A stretch of DNA of 62,361 nt, the filler included, from Chiloscyllium plagiosum (taxonomy: Eukaryota), in NCBI RefSeq assembly GCF_004010195.1. It is 3 parts of one record of this genome, joined end to end, with 100 filler letters (N's around TTAATTAATTAA, not from the genome) between each part and the next. Parts side by side here need not be neighbours in the genome. Positions count along the whole stretch, not along the records: positions 1 to 29,065 come from NC_057713.1; 2 more parts are not named here. One strand, given 5' to 3'. Made by a program: the position numbers and the translations under genes. The notes beneath the pieces were generated by a model that did no database searches, had not been told where the DNA came from, and saw only the letters and a list, made by a program, of their open reading frames with translations. Below are positions 1-13,110 of the stretch, piece after piece (the stretch's first letter is position 1; each line of letters starts with the position of its first letter).

Positions 1-430
1 CATCTGCCACTCCTCAGCCCATTGGCCCATCTGATCAAGATCCAGTTGTAATTTGAGGTAACCTTCTTCACTGTCCACTACACCTCCAATTTTGGTGTCA
101 TCTGTAAACTTACAAACTATTCCTCTTATGCTCACATTCAAATCATTTATATAAATGACAAAAAGTAGTGGACCCAGCATCGATCCTTGTGGCACTCCAC
201 TGGTCACAGGCCTCCAGTCTGAAAAACAACCCGCCACCACCACCCTCTGTCTTCTACCTTTGAGCCAGTTCTATATCCAAATGGCTAGTTCTCCCTGTAT
301 TCCTTGAGATCTAACCTTGCTAATCAGTCTCCCATGGGGAACTTTGTCGAACGCCTTACTGAAGTCTATATAGATTAAGTCCACTGCTCTGCCCTCATCA
401 ATCCTCTTTGTTACTTCTTTGAAAAACTCT
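1..430 (-). mobile_element. CR1/HER1-type LINE fragment (reverse transcriptase region), truncated by window edge
   Basis: Minus strand encodes CR1 RT motifs (GVPQGSMLGP, INDL, FTDDTKIGG) and closely resembles the CR1 copy at 9660-10790. Confidence 0.9.
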
Positions 431-614
431 TGTTGTGTTAAAACTGCCTTGTAGTTTCAGTCTATTCTCTTAATTAGCCTCATAGGTTGCTCAATTAGCC
501 TCCATGTGCAGGAGGGCTATGCCCCATCTTCCTAGCCAATGTAAAATACCATTTACATAACATTTTAAAATCCTTAGTCTCCCAGCCTACCCCAAAGGAA
601 ATAGTATAACTCAG

Positions 615-960
615 TCCTTTGGTGAGTCTTATTAGTAGTGAGGATACTGATTGGGTCTCCTTAACAATGGCTATCCTAATGGACTCTATTAGTATGGGCT
701 TTCGGAATAGTGAGGATCCTGGGTTATCCATAGTGATGATCCTGGTGAACTCTATTAACAAGATTACCATTGTCTGGGTGATACTATAAAGAATGATGAG
801 ATTGGTGAGGTCTACAGTGAAGAAGGTTCATTGTCCCAGTAATAGTGATGATTGTAAATAGTCCCATTAAAGTCAAAGTAATCCTATTAACAATGAAAGC
901 ACTGGAAGTGGCTCTTTTTCACAGTGAAGACTCTGGGATAACTCACATTGAAACTCCTGA
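615..960. repeat. Degenerate ~29-31 bp minisatellite, approximate consensus CCTGGTGAACTCTATTAACAGTGAGGAT
   Basis: Recurring TATTA(A/G)..AGTGA(G/T)GAT / CCTGG blocks at ~30 bp spacing, read by eye. Confidence 0.55.
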
Positions 961-1533
961 GTGGAGTTTGATTTCAATTCCAAATTGATCCAGTCTCGAT
1001 AGCATTCAGGATCTTGCAATTAGCCTCAACACAGGAGGTTGCCAACAGGACTCCCTCCCCCTTTCCCTATTGCTCCCTCACCTTTGATGGTGTGGATTTC
1101 TCTTAACGGGCTTTGCACATAAATTGTTCCAATTGGTGATGGTTAATAGATGGGCAAAGAAATCAGTGGTTTTCATTGTTGGATGTTGTTTTTGGCTATG
1201 TTGTGTTTTGTAGACTGTTTTCTTTTGTGCAAGTGATGTGTAAAGTGTTTGAAATTGTATATTGTGGACTTTTGCCTGCTGTGAATTTTGCCATTGGGTG
1301 CTGAAATGGACTTTTCTCTGGATTTCTGTCATTATGGTACCTTTAAAAGGACCGTGACCTGTGTGAAAATTCTATATATGTTTTATGTAGCATGGTTTGT
1401 TGTATTGTATTTTGTATAACTATGAATAAAAGAAAATAGATGGAAAAAGAACACGAGCGATTTATTGAAAAAATGTGGTTCAGTTGTGTGTAAGAGCACA
1501 CCTGCATATAGAAGGAAAAAAAAGTAGCCAATG

Positions 1534-1640
1534 GGGCTTTTGTGACATAGTAGTAGCATCCCTATCTCTGAGCCAGGAGGCCTGGGTTCAAGTCCCACCT
1601 GCTCTAGAGGTGTGTAATAACAACCCTGAACAGATTTATT
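1534..1640 (+). mobile_element. Short tRNA-headed SINE remnant (related copies at ~15570-15670 minus and ~59655-59745 plus)
   Basis: A-box-like GTGACATAGTAGTAG, B-box GGGTTCAAGTCCC and shared downstream GTGTGTAATAAC..CTGAACAG. Confidence 0.65.
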
Positions 1641-1771
1641 ATAAAATGCCGGGATAACCAATGTTGAGGAAGAGATGGAAAGGAAGAAATTAGTCAGACT
1701 CCCACTCTTGATTGACAGACTGCTCTCTGGTGTCCTTTGCTTGAATGTTCACATGTGGTCTGGTAATAATG

Positions 1772-1809
1772 GATTCCTGAAGAAGGGCTTATGCCCGAAA
1801 CGTCGATTC
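1772..1809 (+). ncRNA. Minimal type I hammerhead ribozyme motif
   Basis: gattc-CTGAAGA-a-GGGC ttat GCCC-GAAA-CG-TC-gattc: intact core, 4-bp stem II, palindromic ACGT stem III, predicted cleavage after 1804. Confidence 0.8.
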
Positions 1810-1868
1810 TCCTGTTCCCTGGATGCTGCCTGACCTGCTGCGCTTTTCCAGCAACACATTTTCAGCTC
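1774..1868 (+). mobile_element. Single-arm PLE-derived mini-insertion beginning with a hammerhead ribozyme
   Basis: 10-bp direct repeat TAATAATGGA at 1764-1773 and 1869-1878; sequence matches the PLE 3' repeat at 37338-37467 and 36262-36358. Confidence 0.85.
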
Positions 1869-2289
1869 TAATAATGGAAGCATACTTGATTGGGTACACT
1901 CCTTTGTGAAATACCTGCTGAATAGTGAAGAACCATGAGTCAGACAACGTACCTTCGTCATTTAAAAAAAGATCTGGCAGAGACACGTAAGATGTCCTAA
2001 AGGATCAGCCATTATAATGCAGCTGACAGGTGCTCACAACCACAGTCAGACTTTTAACCTCGAGTATATTCACAAAAGCTTCCTGATAGTAAACTGCAGT
2101 CATTCAACAGTACAATAAAATGAATTTGATGTAGAGTACCAGCTATAGAACACCATAAAAAGTCAACATAATAGGCAGGTGGCTGTATTCAACCTTTTTA
2201 CCTTGCTCGACCAGTCTTGAAGCACAAGCTGGGACGGATCATGTAATTCATGAACATTAATTGCAGAGAAGGCAAGCATATGGTATCTG

Positions 2290-2520
2290 TGGGTATGATA
2301 ATCTCCCTGGTAGTCGTATTGATAATAATAATTCAAGGATACTGTCTAATAGCCACGAGGGTGGATGTATGTTTTAAATTCCACTAAAGCAGTTTCAGAA
2401 TTTGAATTTGATAAAAAAGATTTGTATCTTAAAAGCTGGTTACAATAAAGGGATCATGAAATTGACTGATTGCTAAATGGTTCACCTATGAAATTCAGGG
2501 AAGGATATTTGTCAATTAAA
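2290..2520 (+). mobile_element. Decayed Deu-domain SINE (SacSINE1-like) fragment
   Basis: GAATTTGAATT / CATGAAA / TGGTTCAC..CAGGGAAGGA blocks shared with 44200-44505 and 54635-54930. Confidence 0.55.
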
Positions 2521-2544
2521 AATCAACGTCAAGTAATCATAATA

Positions 2545-2950
2545 GGACCTACAGAACTGACACTGTAAACTTGACCCGCACCACAGCTGTCACTGTCGAT
2601 ATGACCAACCCCTGAGTTCTCACTGTACACATGACTAACCTGAACCCTCACAGTTAATATGACAATTCCAACTGCAAGTTCCTCTCCAAGCCACCCACAA
2701 TCCTGACTGGGAAATATATCTCTCTTCTTTCACTGTCACTGGGTTAACATCCTGGAATTCTCTCCCGAATAGCATTCTACATCTACCTACAGTACATGGA
2801 TTGTAGTAGTTCAAGAAGGCAGTTCAACACAATCTTCTCAAGGGCAACTAGAGCTGATCCAGTCAATATGCCCATCAACGTAAAAAAAATGCAGACACCT
2901 CACTGTTAATATGATCAACCCCTAAGCCCTCACTGTACATATAAACCACT
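2545..2950. repeat. Degenerate ~30 bp minisatellite (CCCTCACTGTTAATATGACCAACCCCTGAG) interrupted by a LINE 3' end at ~2665-2890
   Basis: About six units with CTCACTGT..A.ATGAC.AACC; the interrupting piece matches 5085-5325. Confidence 0.7.
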
Positions 2951-2954
2951 CTAC

Positions 2955-5325
2955 CTGAGGGCTAGTGACAAAGTTGGGAGTGCTGTTTCAAAGACTAGTC
3001 AAGTGATAGCCCTGACATACCTTACACCATTGCCACCACCAACAGGACAGGCTCAGCAGAGGTGGTGGCAAAGTAGCTGTAAGACTGTTCCCCTAGGATT
3101 CCTCAACATTAGCCCCAAATCCCATGAAGTGTCATGGCTTCAGGTAAAACATGAGTAAAGCAACCTCCTGATAGATCACATATCACCACCATCCCCAAAC
3201 CCCCAACATCTTGAATTATGTTTAACAGCACTTGGTGGAAGCACTGAGGGTAGCAAGGATATACAAAGTGCTATGGTTTAGGGACTACAATGTTCTTCAC
3301 CAAAAGTGGCTCAGCAGCACCACCACTGATTAAAAAGTATAGCTCCTAGCCTGGGTCTGGGCTACGTAGTGAGGGAGCCCAACAAGAGAAACAACATATT
3401 TGATTTCATGCTCACCAATCTTCCTGCCGTTCAATGATAGTAGGAGTGGCCACCACACAGTTCTTGTATGGATGAAGTTCTGTCTTAACATCAAGAATAC
3501 CTTGCACTGTTTTGTGTAGCACTTTCATCATGTTAAATGAGATAAATTGAACAACTTCCAGCATTTCCCCACTCTACCTAACAATGAGCTGGCAACTTAC
3601 TAAAGATTAAAATAAAGGACTACTTGCATGCAAAACAGCATAAGCAGCCAATTGTATAGACAGAGCTAAGCAATTCCACAACAAAAGGATTGGAACTGAG
3701 TTCGGCAGTCCTGCCACATTCAATCGAGAATGATGTTGGACAACTGAACACTTGTTGGAGCAGGAGGCTCCATAGAAATCGCCATCTTGGGAGAGCCCAG
3801 CATATTCATGCAAAAAATGAGGTTGAAGCATTTGCAACAATCTTCAGCCAGTGATGCCAAGTGGATGATGCATCTCGGCCTCCTCCAGAGGTCACAAGCA
3901 TCACAGATGTCAGTCTTTTGCCAATTTGATGCATTGCATGTGATATCAAGAAACAGGCACTAGATACTGCAAACGAGATGAGCTTTGAGAAAAAGCACAA
4001 GAAATCTAACTCAATCAATTACTGGCCAATCAGTCCACCCTTAATCATCAATAAAGTAACAGAATATGTAATCAACAGTGCTATCAAGCAATAATTGCTC
4101 AGCAATAATCTGTTCACTGACACCCAGTTTGGGTTCTGTCAGTGCTGCTCAGCTCCTGAGCTCATTACAGTCTTGATTCAAACATGGACAGAAGAGTTCA
4201 ATTCAAGAGGTAAAGCAACAGGCTGCATTTGACCAACTGTGGCATCAAGATGCCTGAGCAAAACTGGAAACTGTAGGTACCAGGGGTAAACGGTCTGCTT
4301 TTGGAGTCATACCTAGCTCAGTGGAAGACGGTCGTGGTTATTGGAGGTCAGTCATCTCAGCCCTAGGATATCTCTGCAGGAGTTCCTCAGGATTGATCCT
4401 AGGCCTAACCATCTTCAGCTGCATCATCAATGACCTTCCTTCCATCATAAGGTGGGGATGTTCATTTTTGATGGCACAATGTTCAGTAGCATTTGTGATT
4501 CTTCAAAGAATGAAGCAGTCCATATGCAAATACAGCAAAATCTGGACAATGTTGAGATGTAGGCTGACAAATGGCTAGGAACATTTGTGCCAGGAAATGA
4601 CCATCTCCAAGAAGGCAAAATTTAGCAATCATTCCTAGTCATTCAATGGTGTTACCATCAGTGAATATCCCTCAATCAACAACCTATGGCTGAACATTGA
4701 CCAGAAACTGAGCTGAGCTAGTAATATGAATATTGTAGCTACAACAGGACTTCACAGGTTTGGAATGCTGCAGTCCATAATACACTTCCTAACTCCCCAC
4801 AACTTATTCACCAAACATGATGCACAAGTCAAGAGTGTGATGAAATACTCCCGAGTTGCCTGGATGGGTGCCGCTCCAACAACACTCAAGAAGCTTGACA
4901 CCATTCTGGACAAAGCAGCCTGCTTTATTGGCATCACATACACTCCTCCATTACCGATGCTCAGTAGCAGTGCCTACAAGATGCACTGCAGAAATTCAGG
5001 AGGCTCCTTAGTTAACATGCTAAAAATCTCTGACAACTTCCTTTGAGAAGGAGAATAGCAGAAGAAACATAGGAACACCATCTCCTGTAAGTTCGCTCCA
5101 ATATATTCATGCATCCTGATTTGGAAATAGATTGCTGTTCCTTCAGTGTCACTCAGTCAACATCTTGGAATTCCCTCCATAAGAGCATTGTGGATGTAAT
5201 ACAGCACATGGACTGCAGTGGTTCAAGAAGGCAGCTCAGCAACACCTTCTCAAGGTAACCAAGTGTGGGCAATAAATGCTGGTCCAGCCAGTGATGGCCA
5301 TATCCCACAATTGAATTTTAAAAAG
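2955..5325 (+). mobile_element. Decayed CR1-superfamily LINE of a lineage distinct from HER1: APE endonuclease, RT and 3' tail
   Basis: Translated remnants QDRLSRGGG, GDYNVLHQKWL, YWPIS, TQFGF, AAFDQLWHQ, AGVPQG, IINDLP; 3' tail GGGCAATAAATGCTGG..ATCCCACAATTGAATTTTAAAAA. Confidence 0.85.
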
Positions 5326-6639
5326 TGGGCCTTCCCCCTCAGGACCTTGGGACCTGATATTCTGTCTGCTTAGAGCTGTTTGCCACAGAGAACCACATCT
5401 CTCACACTCGGTATCACTGTGGCTGATGCCATGGCTGTTGCCTGCTCTGCATCCTAAAAAGTATCAGGATGGAAGAATGATTCAATGACAAATCTAGGCA
5501 TTGTTATGGAGGTTTGGGTAGAGTCACCATCCAATACTCAGCCCACATTGGCTGGGCTGCCATGAGATCAGAAAATTGCAACCTATGCAGGAAGAGGTTT
5601 TAAAGTGACCATTAATTGACCATTTAGTCCCTCATGTAGGTAATGCAGGAAGATTGCCCATGAGCATTCACATATACTTTGGGGTCTGAGACAGGGAAGT
5701 TTGGGTGTTGGCACCACCAAATTTTCCAGGCCTCCTGTCTCCTTTTTTGCCTTCTGTAGCTCCACAAGACTCCACCCAATAGTGCAAACAAGTAGAATTT
5801 CCTGCATTTCCTGTCAATGCATGCTCACACTCCACTGTTCATCTTACTTTCCTGTGAGAGCGCAGGTAATTGGATCTATGTCCACGAAAGGATCAGCCAT
5901 GATCTTATTGAATGGCGGAGTAGTCTTGAAGGGCCGGATGGCCTATTCGTGCTCCTAGTTCTTATGTTTGTTGCTTTATGATCTGCTTTGGACTCATGGT
6001 TTAAGGTCGTCTCTTGTCTTCAGGAAATATCAAGCATTGTTGGCAGATTTCACTCAGTAGGTGGGTGTCCAGAGTTCAAAACTTGGTGCTCTGGCCTGTT
6101 ACCTTGGAGGAACAGAAGGAGTTTTATGCTACAGCTGGACTGTGCTGTAACTGTTATCAGGTTCCACTTTCTAAACACCAGAAGTCTTTGAGTACAAGTT
6201 TGTAAAGCACTTAAAAAAACCCAGAAACTTTGCCAGGGACAGTACCCAGCTGACTGGAGTCCGGAAGTGGCACAATGTGCCCGGTTAGTGCACACATAGT
6301 CAAAATGTCAGCTGGGGAACGAGAATTTAAATATGTGATCCCTCAAGTCGAAGCTTTGCTTTGCTGCTGGTGATGAACTTTAGGGCAGGATATTAAGTTT
6401 CACATGAATGCAATGTGTTTGTGTGAGAGGGAGATAAGACCAACACAGGAAACAGCAATCCTTTCTCTTTCAGATAGTAAGCTAAATGTGACTTTTAACT
6501 CTTTGAACATCTCTGTTGCCTTTCTGCAGCAAGATTATCCTTTATTAAATTATGACTTAGTTTTCTGACAATTTACTGTTCGTTCTTAAGACTGTCAATA
6601 TCAAGCAAATATGATTAAATTTTACACTCAGTTTGAGGG

Positions 6640-7262
6640 AGAGAGGAAAGAGTCTGAGACTTTTTCAAAAAGTTTGAAATAAGGCTGATTATGGGGTCAT
6701 GAGCAGAGCTGGCAAATGTGAATAAGCAAATTAGATTAAAGGATAGGTCAAGAGAGATTCGATAGCAGACATTTAAGAGGATACTTCAGAATATACAGAA
6801 TAGATATATTCCAATAGGTAAATAAGGTTAAGTTTCAGATCCACCATAAAGTGGTTAACTTGAAATATTAAAGATATTATTAAAATAAAAAAAATAATAT
6901 ATAATTGTGTAAAGATGTGTGGTGGGTCAGAAGATTGGACAGAATATTTTAAAAAAACCAAAACTTTGAAAAAAGGCAGAAGTTAAAGTATGAGAGAAAA
7001 CTGGCTAGAAATATAAAAAATAGTGAGAGTTCATATAAATTTTTCAAGAAGAAAGAAGTTAACAAAATGAGTATTAGCCTCTGAAAAGTGAACCTGGTTA
7101 TTAATAATGGAAAATCCAAAATGGCAGATAAATCAAACAGGTATTTTACTTCAATCCTCACTGCAGAGGATACACGTGACCTCTCAGCGACAGCAGGAAA
7201 TGGGACAGGGGTAAACCACAATCATCACGGAAACAGGACTGAGTAAATTTGTTGGAGCTGTG
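6640..7262 (+). mobile_element. Old CR1 LINE fragment (region between endonuclease and RT)
   Basis: KLKYERKLARNIK and MADKSNRYFTSILT remnants homologous to 22150-22400. Confidence 0.75.
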
Positions 7263-8549
7263 GGCATTTTATTTCGAGAGAACGACAAGTGATGGCAGTG
7301 AAGGGGGCTGATGGTGAGCACTGCCAGCCTCAGGCTCTGTGTGGTCACCAGGTACCATTACTCAAAACCCCCCTTCTCCTTCCTGTCCCCAAAACCACCC
7401 CCCAGCATTACACCTTAATGAGATTCTATACCGTGTGAAAGACACAGTGGTGGTCACTACCTCCTGTAGTTCCCATGATCTCTGATGCTGCTCCACCTTA
7501 CCTCCTACATCTTGAAACTGTTACCTGCACCCCCTCCTCTATCCCTCACTGCCATTGTCCTGTTCCTCCTTCAGAAATGCCTCTTCTTTCTCTCCCATGC
7601 TTTGAGCTTCCTCAGCCCTTTGGCAGTGACACCCCAGTAGCCCAAAAGGCCACCTTGCACCATCCTTAATGATGAATATACAGACACCCAGGACTAGGCG
7701 TCTGACTAACTTTGACGAGCAGATCCTTCATGTAACTGACCAGACCCCTGATCACTATCTTTGGAGCTCCCTGAGAAAGGATATGCGATTCCCCTGAGTA
7801 TTTGAGATTCCCCCCTCTCCTGAGTTTACGTTAGCTCAGCAGGGCTTACTGTTTCTCATTTCCTGGACAGACCCTTTGACCTCAAGCAACCTAAGGTATG
7901 ACAGAGTGTAGCCAAGCCCCTGGATTAATGGTACTGGGACCCCAGCCAGATAGCGGGTGAACTTTTGACTGGGCTGAGGACTGGTCCCAAACTAGACTCC
8001 AACATGGCCATTCGTGCACTTCACCTACACTTCTCTGAATGCCATAGGCAATTTAGAGTGGCCAATTCACCTAATCTGCAGGAGCTGTTCACTTTACATG
8101 TTGGATTATAAAGCAGTGTGTAGTGCTAAGGATGGTAAGGTTCTGCACCTTCAATTTTGTATTTTCAGCCAGGCAGATATTCGCTTTTACATGTTGCATC
8201 CTTATGTTCAACCGTATCAAAAATGTTTTGAAAATCCAAATATGCCACTTCAGCTGGTTTTCCCTCATCTATTCTCCCTCATGTCCTCATAGAACTCCAA
8301 TGAACTTGACAATCACAATTTCCCTTTCATAAGTGCTTCCAGTTGTGGAAAACTCCAAATCGAGAGGCTGCAAATACAAGGGTAATTGCAAATAATTTAA
8401 TAGGGAAATAAGAAAAAAATGCTTTATTCAGAGAGTGGTTGGATTATGGAACTTGTTACCACAAGAATTGGTTCAGTCAAATAGATTAGATACTTTCAAC
8501 AGAAAATCTGATGAGTACTTGGGAGTAAAGACAATAAGTTATCCTGGGA

Positions 8550-9222
8550 TGTATGGAAAATAAAGAACATGAAAGCATGGGAAGGGTTAAAGCATGAAGA
8601 CCACTGGCAATCTGTGGTCTGTGGAAGGCAGGATGGGATAAGAATTGTGGAATGCTCTTACACCAATTAGCTGAGTAAGGTTAAGGCTGAAAGGTCACTA
8701 TGGCGAGATGAGATAACACAAGTAATAAAGCAAGTTTCTCTGTTAAGTGTTATTATGACAGGATTGGGACCATAAATATTTGGGACATGACATTGAAATG
8801 TCTAATTAATAGTTAGTAGAGTCAGTTTGAGACAGGAGACTATTGTAATAGATGGAATAGCTAAATATCTATCATAACAGGTTAGTCTGGAATGGAAAAA
8901 TCACTGTAGTAGAGTTAGCAATGAATATCTACGTGTAACATTAGAATAACATTAAGTAGAATGTACAACTAAAGAGATAATGGGAACTAACATCACTGGT
9001 TTATTGTGTAGCAAGTGTGAGGTACTTTGATTAATATAGTTGGACATGCTGATAAGCTAACAGAAACATGATAAAAAAAAATAAAAATCCATGGACCCTG
9101 AGGTTCATGGCATTCGAGAATCTGCTTTCTCAGTGTCACGGTTTTTTGTTTGAAAATAGAAAATCTACTTCTTGAAGAAATCACTGCGTCTCCTGGTGGT
9201 TCTCTATATTTTCTCCACAACA
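8550..9222 (+). mobile_element. Candidate solo LTR
   Basis: TG...CA ends with imperfect terminal inverted repeat (TGTATGGAAAA / TTTTCTCCACAACA) and AATAAA near 9080; no clean TSD. Confidence 0.35.
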
Positions 9223-9464
9223 GATGCTGAACTGAAGTGGATAGAAAGGGAGAATCAAAAAGCAAAGACTTGCATTTAAATTACGCTTTTACTTTAGTCA
9301 GTGAATGTCTCATAGTGCTTTACAATCAATGAAATACTTTTGAAAATTATTCAGTGGTTTAATGTGGGAAACACAGCAGCAAGTTTGCAAAACAGCAAAA
9401 TCTGAGTGTTCCAGTTCATTTACATCAATTGAACAAGCAGACAGGACCTTTGTGAAACATAGGT

Positions 9465-9660
9465 AAAAAACACACAACACAAGGTTATAGTCCAACAGGT
9501 TTATTTGGAAGCACTAGCTTTCAGAGCGTTGCTCCTTCATCAAGCGATTGTGGAGAATAAGATTGTAAGACACCGTATTTAGAGCAAAAGCTTGCAGTGT
9601 GATGTAACTGAAATTATATATTGGAAAAGACCCGAATGTTTGTTAAGTCTCTCATCTTTC
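9465..9660 (-). mobile_element. PLE terminal-repeat fragment (family B) with a decayed hammerhead at ~9512-9546
   Basis: Minus strand tTGATGA-a-GGAGC aac GCTCT-GAAA-GC-TA-gtg; downstream sequence matches 20160-20215. Confidence 0.75.
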
Positions 9661-10792
9661 AGTAAGGCCTTCAACAAGGTTCCCCAGGGGAGACTGGTTA
9701 GCAAGGTTAGATCTCATGGAGTGCAGGAAGAACTAGCCATTTGGATACAGAACTGGCTCAAAGGTAGAAGACAGAGGGTGGTGGTGAAGGGTTGTTTTTC
9801 AGATTGGAGGCTTGTGTCCAGTGGAGTTCCACAAGGATCAGAGCTGGGTCCATTGCTTTTCATCATTTATATAAATGATTTGGATGTGAGCATAAGAGGT
9901 ATAGTTAGTAAGTTTGCAGATGACACCAAAATTAGAGGTATAGTGGATAGCGAAGAAGGTTAACTCAGATTACAATGGGATCTTGAAAAGATGGGCCAAT
10001 GGGCTGAGAAGTGGCGGATGGAGTTTAATTTAGATAAATGTGAGGTGCTGCATTTTGGGAAAGCAAATCTTAGCAGGACTTAATGGTAAGGTCCTGGGGA
10101 GTGTTGCTGAACAAAGAGACCTTGGAGTGCAGGTTCATAGCTCCTTGAAAGTGGGTTCGCAGGTAGATAGGATAGTGAAGAAGGCGTTTGGTATGCTTTC
10201 TTTTATTGGTCAGAGTATTGAGTACAGGAGTTGGGAGGTCTGGTGGCAATTCTGGTCTCCTTTCAATCAGAAAGATGTTGTGAAACTCGAAAGGGTTCAA
10301 AAAAGATTTACACGGATGTTGCAAGGGTTGGAGGATTTGAGTTATCGGGAGAGGTTGAAAAGGCTGGGGCTGTTTTCCCTGGAGCGTCGGAGGCTGAGAG
10401 GTGACCTTATAGAGGTTTATAAAATCATGAGGGGCATGGAGAGGATAAATAGACAAAGTCTTTTCCCTGGGATTGGGGAGTCCAGAACTAGAGGGCATAG
10501 GTTTAGGGTGAGAATGGAAATATATAAAAGAGACCTAAGAGGCAACTTTTTCACACAGAGGGTGGTACGTGTATGGAAAGAGCAGCCAGAGGAAGTGGTG
10601 GAGGCTGGTACAATTGCAACATTTAAGAGGCGTCTGGATGAGTATATGAATAGGACGGGTTTGGAGGGATATGGGCCAGGTACTGGCAGGTGGGACTAGA
10701 TTGGGTTGGGATATGTGGTCAGCATGGACGAGTAGGACTGAAGGGTCTGTTTCCGTGCTGTACATCTCTATGACTCTTTGAGTCTATGACTC
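9660..10792 (+). mobile_element. HER1/CR1 LINE 3' fragment (RT C-terminal half, 3' UTR, CTATGACT tail)
   Basis: ORFs 9592-9963 and 10040-10699: KAFNKVP, SGVPQGSELGP, FADDTK, LERRRLRGDLIEVYKI. Confidence 0.95.
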
Positions 10793-10844
10793 TAATTGAG
10801 CCATGGTTGACACTGATGAGGGATGTGGAGTGCCAGCATTGTCA

Positions 10845-11125
10845 CAGAAAAAAAAGCAAAATACTGCAGATGTTGGAGATCTGAAATTTAAAAAAAAAGG
10901 TGTTTGAGAAACTCAGCATGTCTGGCAGTATCTGTGGAAATGGAAACAGGATTAATGCTTTGAGGCCAATGACTCTGAGAACAGGAACGATGTTGCGCTG
11001 AACATAACACCAAATTAAACTAGTTTCGTCTGCCCACCCTTGGTCCATATCCCTCTATTCCTTGCATATTCATGCGCTTATCTAAAAATCCCTTAAATGC
11101 CCCTATTGTACCTTCTTCAGAACTC
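10845..11125 (-). mobile_element. Old PLE-derived short element (family C) whose hammerhead is split by a CR1 3'-end insertion (~10978-11110)
   Basis: TACTGCAGATGTTGGAGATCTGAAA tail; rejoined minus strand reads gttCTGAAGAag..agtcattggcctcaaagcattaa. Confidence 0.6.
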
Positions 11126-12888
11126 TTTGGATATTTGGATAAGTGGTCTATTTCTGTGGTTTCTCTCCTGTGTATGTAAGTTAGATGCTGGGAATCGAGA
11201 AAATCAATGAAATTGGTAACTCTGAAACAGATTTTTTAAGTTCAACACTGTGAGATGGGTTTCTGCCCATTTTGGACCTGAAAGTTTAATTTCGGAATGG
11301 GCTTTTAAAAAAAATTTGAAAACATATTCTGTTTTTAAAGTAAATTTTCAATGGGCATCGTGGGATTTCTACAATCCACTTTGATGGATGCAATCCCATG
11401 CTGATAACACACAATCTGACCATAAAAGGAAGCTCATTCATTTAGAAAGCAGGTGACTATGTGGAATGCTTGAAAAAGCCCTGAGCAACATGTAGTATGC
11501 ACCAGCTTTTCATTTTTTTCATCTTAACAAGGACATTTGCCCTTTATCATCTCCATGCTGTTTTCTACAGAAGCCTGGTTCAGCAGTCCAAAATCTGTGC
11601 AAAGTAAAGAAAGCAGAAGAGAAAAAGAGGAGACTAAGGAAAGAATAAAATGCAAAAATTGCAAAGGTGGCAACAGAAGTGAACTGAAAATAAGTTGGAG
11701 CATTTTCTACAAGAAAGAGAAGGCTGAGGGGTGACCTGATAAAAGCCCTTAAAATTATGAAAGCCATTAACATAGAGATGTTTGTACTTGGTCCAAAACT
11801 CCAGAACATTGATCAAACATGATGCAGTCATTGATAAAATCCAATCAGCAATTCAACACCTTTGCTGAGAATAAATAAGAATGTGTTTCTCTCAAAGCTT
11901 TAAGTCTGACTGGAGTATGGTATTTTCCATAGGATGTTGTTTTTCTGTACTTTACAGTCAAACAATTTGTAGTAACGTCACCAGAAAGGCTACAAACTAC
12001 ACCCAAATCAAAAAATTGGACACAGTGAATAAAGAAGAATCCACTTCAATGACTGACCTTGAAAACAAACACAGGCAACTTGTTCTCAACCCCTTCAGTG
12101 CTGAGTAATTCATTTAGTTTCAAAAAAACTATTTTTATCTACCAGATCTTCAATGGTGGTGTTCATTGCAAGAAGGAAGATACACTGTTTGACCACAACA
12201 AGGATATGATTAACAAACTGTGACAGGGAAAGTGTGCAAGAAAAAAAACTGAGTAATATTTACAGAATGTTTGTGCTGAACTTAAAGCTTGTAATGCATT
12301 TATAGATTTTAAAGTAGTCTACACTTGTGTGTGATTCCTGCCTTTAACATGCCTTGTCTGTCGCACTTATTGTGTGATACTCTTAAAAAAAAGTGATAAA
12401 AGGCATTTTGGAACTCACACAGGATCCCTGTAAGAACCTAAATTACTGGAGCCATGACGACTGCTTCTTCTTAATTAACATTCAACAGCAATGCCAGTAG
12501 GCAGAATTTGCTACTGTCACTAGTAGTGGCGATCTTGGAGACAGGAAGAGCATGTAATTAAATGGAGGGGTGACACACATAAACCCTGTTGCTTTCCAGA
12601 CTCCATTAAATAAAGTACAGAGCAGGAAGACCCATGTTCAACCTCTTCTGGCCCACCTCCACTTTATGACCACTGAAGAACTTCACCCTGCCATTACAGA
12701 TGGCACATGGGCCTGTTCCCCATTATGCCTGAGCGTAACTGCGTGGGCCACTTGTCACCATTAGGGATGGGAACGCAGTGAGGATGGTTCCTTGCTCAAG
12801 GTGATCAGATCCTGACCCAGGGACTGGACATTGGGAAAGGGAGGGGAATTCCTGCTATGATTCATTCCCTTGCCCTTGCCTCTGAAAT

Positions 12889-13110
12889 TGAAACTTTATT
12901 GCTGGAACAGCACAGCAGGTCAGGCAGCATCCAGGGAACAGGAGATTCGACGTTTCGGGCACAGGCCCTTCTTCAGGAATCTGATTCCTGAAGAAGGGCC
13001 TGTGCCCGAAACGTCGAATCTCCTGTTCCCTGGATGCTGCCTGACCTGCTGTGCTGTTCCAGCAATAAAGTTTCAACTTTGATCTCCAGCATCTGCAGAC
13101 CTCACTTTCT
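12889..13110. mobile_element. Fold-back PLE mini-element: perfect 94-bp inverted repeat plus one-sided tail
   Basis: Arms 12888-12981 and 12983-13076 with a 1-nt spacer; tail 13077-13110; 15-bp TSD CCTTGCCTCTGAAAT at 12874-12888 and 13111-13125. Confidence 0.92.
12983..13020 (+). ncRNA. Minimal type I hammerhead ribozyme motif (mirror copy at 12944-12981, minus)
   Basis: GATTC-CTGAAGA-a-GGGC ctgt GCCC-GAAA-CG-TC-GAATC; perfect 5-bp stem I; predicted cleavage after 13015. Confidence 0.85.

Noticed and set aside
495..960. Possible mitochondrial insertion (NUMT) or hydrophobic ORF
   Set aside because: No recognisable mitochondrial protein motif; the pattern is explained by a ~30-bp degenerate tandem repeat.
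11560..12230. Exon-like purine-rich ORFs after polypyrimidine-AG sites
   Set aside because: No consistent donor sites or protein similarity that I recognise; partly overlaps a CR1 remnant.
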